Positions 59,354-64,000 of a DNA stretch of 64,000 bases are shown here, one piece after another; the stretch's first letter is position 1; each line of letters begins with the position of its first letter. Under the pieces are notes generated by a model. That model saw only the letters and a program-made list of their open reading frames with translations, ran no database searches and had not been told where the DNA came from. Source of the DNA: an uncultured Chloroflexia bacterium (lineage in GTDB: Bacteria; Chloroflexota; Dehalococcoidia; DSTF01; JALHUB01); the NCBI GenBank assembly GCA_963703345.1, contig OY969814.1, forward strand, positions 2,144,001 to 2,208,000, in the 5' to 3' direction. The translations under genes and the position numbers were made by a program.

Positions 59354-60223
59354 ATGGCCGAAAACAAGACAATGCCAAGATGGGCTGCAGAGCCGTTTTT
59401 CCGCCTTGCCGATCACCTAAAGCAGGCTTCCCAACTCATCATACTGTCCATTAAGGGAATATCCGCTCTCGCAGCCACGCCGCAGGCCCTTCGCGACTTA
59501 GCTGCCCAAGAGCCTCCCTCAGACGCCGTGCCCGATCAAGCACACCCTGACTCCACGCAGAACCTCGCACAACTCGCCCAGACTGAGGTCAACACCGGTT
59601 TTCCCCTACTCTGCGCCCAAGCAACCATCTCCCTTTGGGCGGACTTAGAGAACGGCCTCCGCACTTTCCTCGCCGCGTGGTTCCGTCACGAGCGCAGCGC
59701 CAAGACTATCGAGCCGATCCAAAAGTTGAAGGTCTCCTTGGGCCGATACGAAGCGATGGACTCCGACGAACGTTCCCACTACATCATTGACCGGCTGGAA
59801 CAAGAAATGGAACCACGCAGTCGCCGTGGCATCGACAGATTCGAGTCGCTTTTCACGGCCTTCGGCTTCGAAACCACCCTTGACGAGCGCTTGAAGAGAG
59901 ATCTTCTTGAGCTCTACTTTGTCCGCAATGTCCTCGTTCACCGCAGGGGCATCGCAGATCGCACATTCATCCAATCGTGCCCCTGGCTCCCCCTCTCTGT
60001 CGGAGACCAAATCACCATAACGCCCCAACTGTACAAGAAGTATATGCACGCCGTGACCGCCTACGTGGTCGAGCTCCTTGTCCGTGTCGGCGCCCGGTTC
60101 GGCTTCGCCCGCTCTGATGTCACCAGCGACCCCCCCGGTTACCGGCCCAATGAAGCCTCGCTGACGTCGGCTTCCTCGTCTAATCCAGTGAAGGCCGTCG
60201 CGAAAGATCGCTCCGGCCCGTGA
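59354..60223 (+). CDS. Hypothetical protein with a HEPN-like RNxxxH motif
   Basis: Helical protein containing ELYFVRNVLVHRRG; visibly more A/T-ending codons than its neighbours. Confidence 0.7.
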   Translation: MAENKTMPRWAAEPFFRLADHLKQASQLIILSIKGISALAATPQALRDLAAQEPPSDAVPDQAHPDSTQNLAQLAQTEVNTGFPLLCAQATISLWADLENGLRTFLAAWFRHERSAKTIEPIQKLKVSLGRYEAMDSDERSHYIIDRLEQEMEPRSRRGIDRFESLFTAFGFETTLDERLKRDLLELYFVRNVLVHRRGIADRTFIQSCPWLPLSVGDQITITPQLYKKYMHAVTAYVVELLVRVGARFGFARSDVTSDPPGYRPNEASLTSASSSNPVKAVAKDRSGP

Positions 60224-60249
60224 AAGGCTGGCCTGGCCCGCCCTCGCTC

Positions 60250-60278
60250 TTGCCCCTACCATTGGCGGCCCGTATTCT
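60250..60278 (+). promoter_or_regulatory. Sigma-70 promoter for valS
   Basis: TTGCCC-N17-TATTCT. Confidence 0.55.
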
Positions 60279-60367
60279 ATGGCTACCACGTCCTCGGCCC
60301 GGGATTCCGTTCGTGAGCCCGCTTTCGCCGAGGCGTTTCGTCGCGTCCGTCGCCCTGCGAGAAAGCC

Positions 60368-63058
60368 ATGACCAGCCAGACCACCGGCAACCTCGACAAG
60401 GCCTACAGCCCCGGCGCCGTCGAGCAGGCGCTCTACCGCTTCTGGGAGGAGCGCGGCTTCTTCACGCCCGCAATCGACCCATCGCGGCCGCCGTTCACTA
60501 TCATCATGCCGCCGCCGAACGTCTCCGGCGACCTCCATCTGGGCAGCGTCCTCTTCGTCGCCCTCGAAGACATCCTGACGCGCTGGCACCGCATGCGCGG
60601 CGAGCCGACGCTCTGGCTGCCCGGCGAGGACCACGCCGCCATCGCCACGCAGAACGTCGTCGAACGGGAGCTGGCGAATGAGGGGCTCAGCCGCCACGAG
60701 ATCGGGCGGGAGGAGTTCGTCCGTCGCGCCATGGCCTGGATCAACGACTACCGCGGCAAGATCCGCGACCAGCTCAAGCGGCTGGGCGCCTCCTGCGACT
60801 GGACGCGCGAATGCTTCACTCTCGACCCGGGGCCGGCGAAGGCGGTCCGCACGACATTCGTCAACCTGTACAACGAGGGCCTGATCTACCGAGGCGAGCG
60901 CATCATCAACTGGTGCCCACGCTGTCAGACGGCGATCTCCGACCTTGAGGTGGAGCACCACGAAGCGCAGGATCACCTCTGGTACGTCCGCTATCCGCTG
61001 CTCGACGACGAAGGCGAGCCAAGCGGCGACTACGTCACAATCGCGACGACGCGCCCGGAGACGATTGTCGCCGACGTCGCCGTTGCCGTGAACCCGAACG
61101 ACGAACGCTACAAGGCGGTCGTCGGCAGGACGGCGCTGCTGCCGATAATGGAGCGCCGGATATCGGTCATCGCCGACGAGGCGGTCAACCCGGCCTTCGG
61201 CACCGGCGCCCTCAAGATCACGCCCGGCCACGATCCCGTCGACTTCGAGGTCGGCCAGCGGCACAACCTGCGCACCATCGTCGCCATCAACCTCGACGCC
61301 ACCATGAGCGACGAGGCGGGCCCGTACAAGGGCATGGACCGCTTCGAGTGTCGCGCCGCCATCGAAGCTGACCTGGAAAAGGGCGGCTACCTGGTGAAGG
61401 TCGAGCCCTACACCCACAGCGTCGGGCACTGCCAGCGCTGCCACACCCTCGTCGAGCCGCTGGTGAGCAAGCAGTGGTTCCTGCGCATGGAGCCGCTCGC
61501 CAAGCCGGCCATCGAAGCGGTGACCAGCGGGCGCATTCGCTTCGTCCCGGAGCGCTTCACGAAGGTCTACCTGAACTGGATGGAGAACATCCGCGACTGG
61601 TGCATCTCCCGCCAGCTCTGGCTCGGCCATCCGATACCCGTCTGGTACTGCCGCGATTGCGACGGCCTGACCGTCACCGTCCTCGATCCCGAAGTCTGCC
61701 AGCACTGCGGCTCCAAGGGCATCGAGCGCGATCCCGACGTTCTCGACACCTGGTTCTCTTCTGCGCTCTGGCCGCACTCGACGCTCGGCTGGCCGGACGA
61801 CACGAAAGACCTGCGCTACTTCTATCCAACGTCGGTCATGGAGACCGGCTACGACATCATCTTCTTCTGGGTCGCCCGCATGATAATGATGGGCCTTTAC
61901 AACATGAAGGAGATCCCGTTCCACACCGTCTACCTGCACGGCCTGGTGCGCGACGAGCGCGGCGAGAAGATAAGCAAGTCCAAGGTCACAACCAAGCACC
62001 ACATTCCCAGCCCCGTCGAAGCCATCGAGACGTACGGCGCCGACGCCCTGCGCTACGCCCTCTCGACGGCGGGCACGCCGGGCAACGATCTGCGCATCTC
62101 GGAGCAACGGATCGAGGCGGGACGCAACTTCGCCAACAAGCTCTGGAACGCCGCCCGATTCGTCGTCGGCCGGCTGGAAGGGCGAAAGGTCGCGCGGCCG
62201 TCGCTCGAAGCGAAGGAAGCGATGGCGCTGGAGGACCGCTGGATCATGTCGCGCCTGAACGCGGTCGTCGCCAGCGTCGGGCAGCTTCTCGACGATTCCC
62301 AGCTCGGCGAGGCGGGCCGCCAGGCGCACGACTTCCTCTGGGGAGAGTACTGCGATTGGTACCTGGAGATGGCGAAGGTGCGCCTCGTCGCCGGCGACGA
62401 CTCGCCGCTGCCGGTGCTTGCCCACGTCCTCGACATGGCGCTCAGATTGCTGCACCCTTACATGCCGTACGTCACCGAGGCGGCCTGGCGCGCCTTGTCG
62501 CCGCACCTTGCGGACTCGGAAGCTGAGGCGCTGATCGTGGCGCCGTTCCCGCAGGCGGACGCCGTCTGGCTCGACGGCGAGTCGGAGGCGCGGGCTGAGG
62601 CGGTCATCGACGTCGTCAGAGCGATACGGAACGTGCGCGCCGAACGCGGCGTCGAGCCGGGACGCTTCGTCGAGGCGTACGTCATCGGCGACGACGACTT
62701 CCGGCAGGCGCTGGAAGGCAGCCGGGAGGCCGTGGTGGCGCTGGCGCGGGTGACGCCGCTGCATATCGTCGATTCGCCTGCTGCGGCGCCCAGCGAAGGC
62801 GTCGTTAGCGCCGTCCTGCGCGACGGGCAGGTGATTCTGCCGATGGCCGGCCTGTTCGACCTCGATGCGGAGCGCGCGCGGCTGGAGAAGCAGCTCGCGT
62901 CGTCGGAGGCGGAGGTGGAGCGCTTGCAGGCGCGCCTGGCGGACGAGCAGTTCCGCGCGAGGGCGCCGGAAGCGGTGGTGGGGCGGGAGCGCGAGAAGCT
63001 AGAGGCGGCGCAGTCACGGTCCGAGGGGTTGCGCCGTCGCCTGCAAGAGCTCGCCTAA
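60368..63058 (+). CDS. valS: Valine--tRNA ligase
   Basis: PPPNVSGDLHLG, ATTRPET, GTGALKITPGHD, DWCISRQLW, DVLDTWFSS and TGYDIIFFWV motifs; C-terminal coiled coil. Confidence 0.96.
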   Translation: MTSQTTGNLDKAYSPGAVEQALYRFWEERGFFTPAIDPSRPPFTIIMPPPNVSGDLHLGSVLFVALEDILTRWHRMRGEPTLWLPGEDHAAIATQNVVERELANEGLSRHEIGREEFVRRAMAWINDYRGKIRDQLKRLGASCDWTRECFTLDPGPAKAVRTTFVNLYNEGLIYRGERIINWCPRCQTAISDLEVEHHEAQDHLWYVRYPLLDDEGEPSGDYVTIATTRPETIVADVAVAVNPNDERYKAVVGRTALLPIMERRISVIADEAVNPAFGTGALKITPGHDPVDFEVGQRHNLRTIVAINLDATMSDEAGPYKGMDRFECRAAIEADLEKGGYLVKVEPYTHSVGHCQRCHTLVEPLVSKQWFLRMEPLAKPAIEAVTSGRIRFVPERFTKVYLNWMENIRDWCISRQLWLGHPIPVWYCRDCDGLTVTVLDPEVCQHCGSKGIERDPDVLDTWFSSALWPHSTLGWPDDTKDLRYFYPTSVMETGYDIIFFWVARMIMMGLYNMKEIPFHTVYLHGLVRDERGEKISKSKVTTKHHIPSPVEAIETYGADALRYALSTAGTPGNDLRISEQRIEAGRNFANKLWNAARFVVGRLEGRKVARPSLEAKEAMALEDRWIMSRLNAVVASVGQLLDDSQLGEAGRQAHDFLWGEYCDWYLEMAKVRLVAGDDSPLPVLAHVLDMALRLLHPYMPYVTEAAWRALSPHLADSEAEALIVAPFPQADAVWLDGESEARAEAVIDVVRAIRNVRAERGVEPGRFVEAYVIGDDDFRQALEGSREAVVALARVTPLHIVDSPAAAPSEGVVSAVLRDGQVILPMAGLFDLDAERARLEKQLASSEAEVERLQARLADEQFRARAPEAVVGREREKLEAAQSRSEGLRRRLQELA

Positions 63059-63123
63059 CCGCCGCCCATCCAACCAGGAGGTCGGCATCTTCAGGCCCAG
63101 AAGGAAGGGCCGGGAGGCTCACG

Positions 63124-64000
63124 ATGGTCGCTTCTGTTGGGAGACTAAGACGAGTTGCGCTGCGTGAAGTGTGGCCGCATGAGGCGCTCGACTTCACCAA
63201 GTGGCTTGGTGAGAACCTCGACGTGCTCAACGAGGTGCTCGGCCTCAATTTGCAGAATCCCGAGAGTGAACAAGCGGCGGGCGATTTCCGAGTCGATGTC
63301 GTTGCAGAGGAAGCCGATGGTACCCTTGTGGTAATCGAGAACCAGTTGGGCCAGAGTGATCATGACCATCTCGGCAAAATCATTACCTATCTCACAGGCC
63401 TGGAGGCGAAGAAGGCGATCTGGATCGTTGCTGACCCCAGACCCGAGCACGTCGCCGCCATCTCATGGCTAAACAGTGAATCATCGACGGCCAAGTTCTA
63501 CCTGGTGAAGGTGGAGGCCGTACGTATCGGCACGTCTGAACCGGCACCGCTGTTGACCAAAATAGTTGCTCCCAGTACAGAGCCGTCGATCAAGCAGGAG
63601 TTGACGGAAAGGCATACCCTTAGATACCGTTTCTGGGCCAGCCTCCTTGAGGCCGCAAAGCCCAGAAGTCGCCTCTTCGCAAACATATCTCCTGGGACGG
63701 ACAATTGGATGGGTGCGGGGGCGGGAAAGAGCGGAGTGTGGTATCAGTACGTCATCCGCCAGCACGACGCTACCGTGTGCCTCTACATGAGCCGAGGAAG
63801 ATTGGAGGAGAACAGGCTGATCTTCGATGCGCTGCACGAGTCAAAGGACTCGATCGAAGCCACTTTTGGGGAGCCGCTTGATTGGGTCAAACGCGAAGAC
63901 CGGCAAACGTGTGAGATAAGGAAGGTAATCCCCGGAGGCGGCTACCGGGATGACGAGGATGCCTGGTCGGCAATCCAAGACAGAATGATAGATTCGATGA
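63124..64000 (+). CDS. PD-(D/E)xK nuclease-like plus DUF4268-type domain protein (3' partial)
   Basis: My translation: MVASVGRLRRVALREVWPHEALDFTKWL...FRVDVVAE...VVIENQLGQSDHDHLGKIITY...FWASL...FGEPLDW. GGAGG SD; the frame stays open to the window end, so it is absent from the ORF track. Confidence 0.8.
   Translation, partial: MVASVGRLRRVALREVWPHEALDFTKWLGENLDVLNEVLGLNLQNPESEQAAGDFRVDVVAEEADGTLVVIENQLGQSDHDHLGKIITYLTGLEAKKAIWIVADPRPEHVAAISWLNSESSTAKFYLVKVEAVRIGTSEPAPLLTKIVAPSTEPSIKQELTERHTLRYRFWASLLEAAKPRSRLFANISPGTDNWMGAGAGKSGVWYQYVIRQHDATVCLYMSRGRLEENRLIFDALHESKDSIEATFGEPLDWVKREDRQTCEIRKVIPGGGYRDDEDAWSAIQDRMIDSM

Noticed and set aside
60279-60367. T-box riboswitch upstream of valS
   Set aside because: The leader is only about 85 nt and lacks the GGTGGnACCGCG T-box; only a simple hairpin is present.
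59645-62764. 1039-aa minus-strand ORF
   Set aside because: Antisense shadow of valS caused by GC-rich codon bias; no recognisable motifs.
63145-63837. Short minus-strand ORFs at the window end
   Set aside because: Shadows of the plus-strand gene starting at 63124.

Overview
A GC-rich, gene-dense bacterial chromosomal segment. The gene content (sortase-type C-terminal signals, a ZAS-fused ECF sigma factor, a split glutamate synthase) suggests a monoderm such as Chloroflexota; this is inference only. I found no rRNA, tRNA, CRISPR array, transposase or prophage. It holds about 58 CDS: an amidase, an ECF sigma factor, a livGFHM/livK transporter, two ABC exporters, a glutaminyl cyclase, dehydrogenases, a wzm/wzt-acetyltransferase-phosphatase envelope cluster, a 1141-aa Thr/Pro-repeat surface protein, a GGDEF protein, a three-gene split glutamate synthase, a thiolase, a LOG/beta-CASP pair, a HAD-GH65-USP-ferritin operon, and valS flanked by two nuclease-like genes. 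The strongest unexplained signal is a promoter-driven, ~134-nt rod-shaped, internally two-fold symmetric non-coding RNA candidate at 22627-22760. It overlaps the stop codon of an HPRT that carries an N-terminal PD-(D/E)xK-like domain. Other notable items: a wzm gene that appears to need an ATC/ATT start codon, an internally deleted acyl-CoA synthetase pseudogene, four families of REP-like palindromes, a HEPN-motif gene, and a ValRS with HLGS/KISKS motifs. All family assignments come from reading motifs by eye; no database search or folding program was run.
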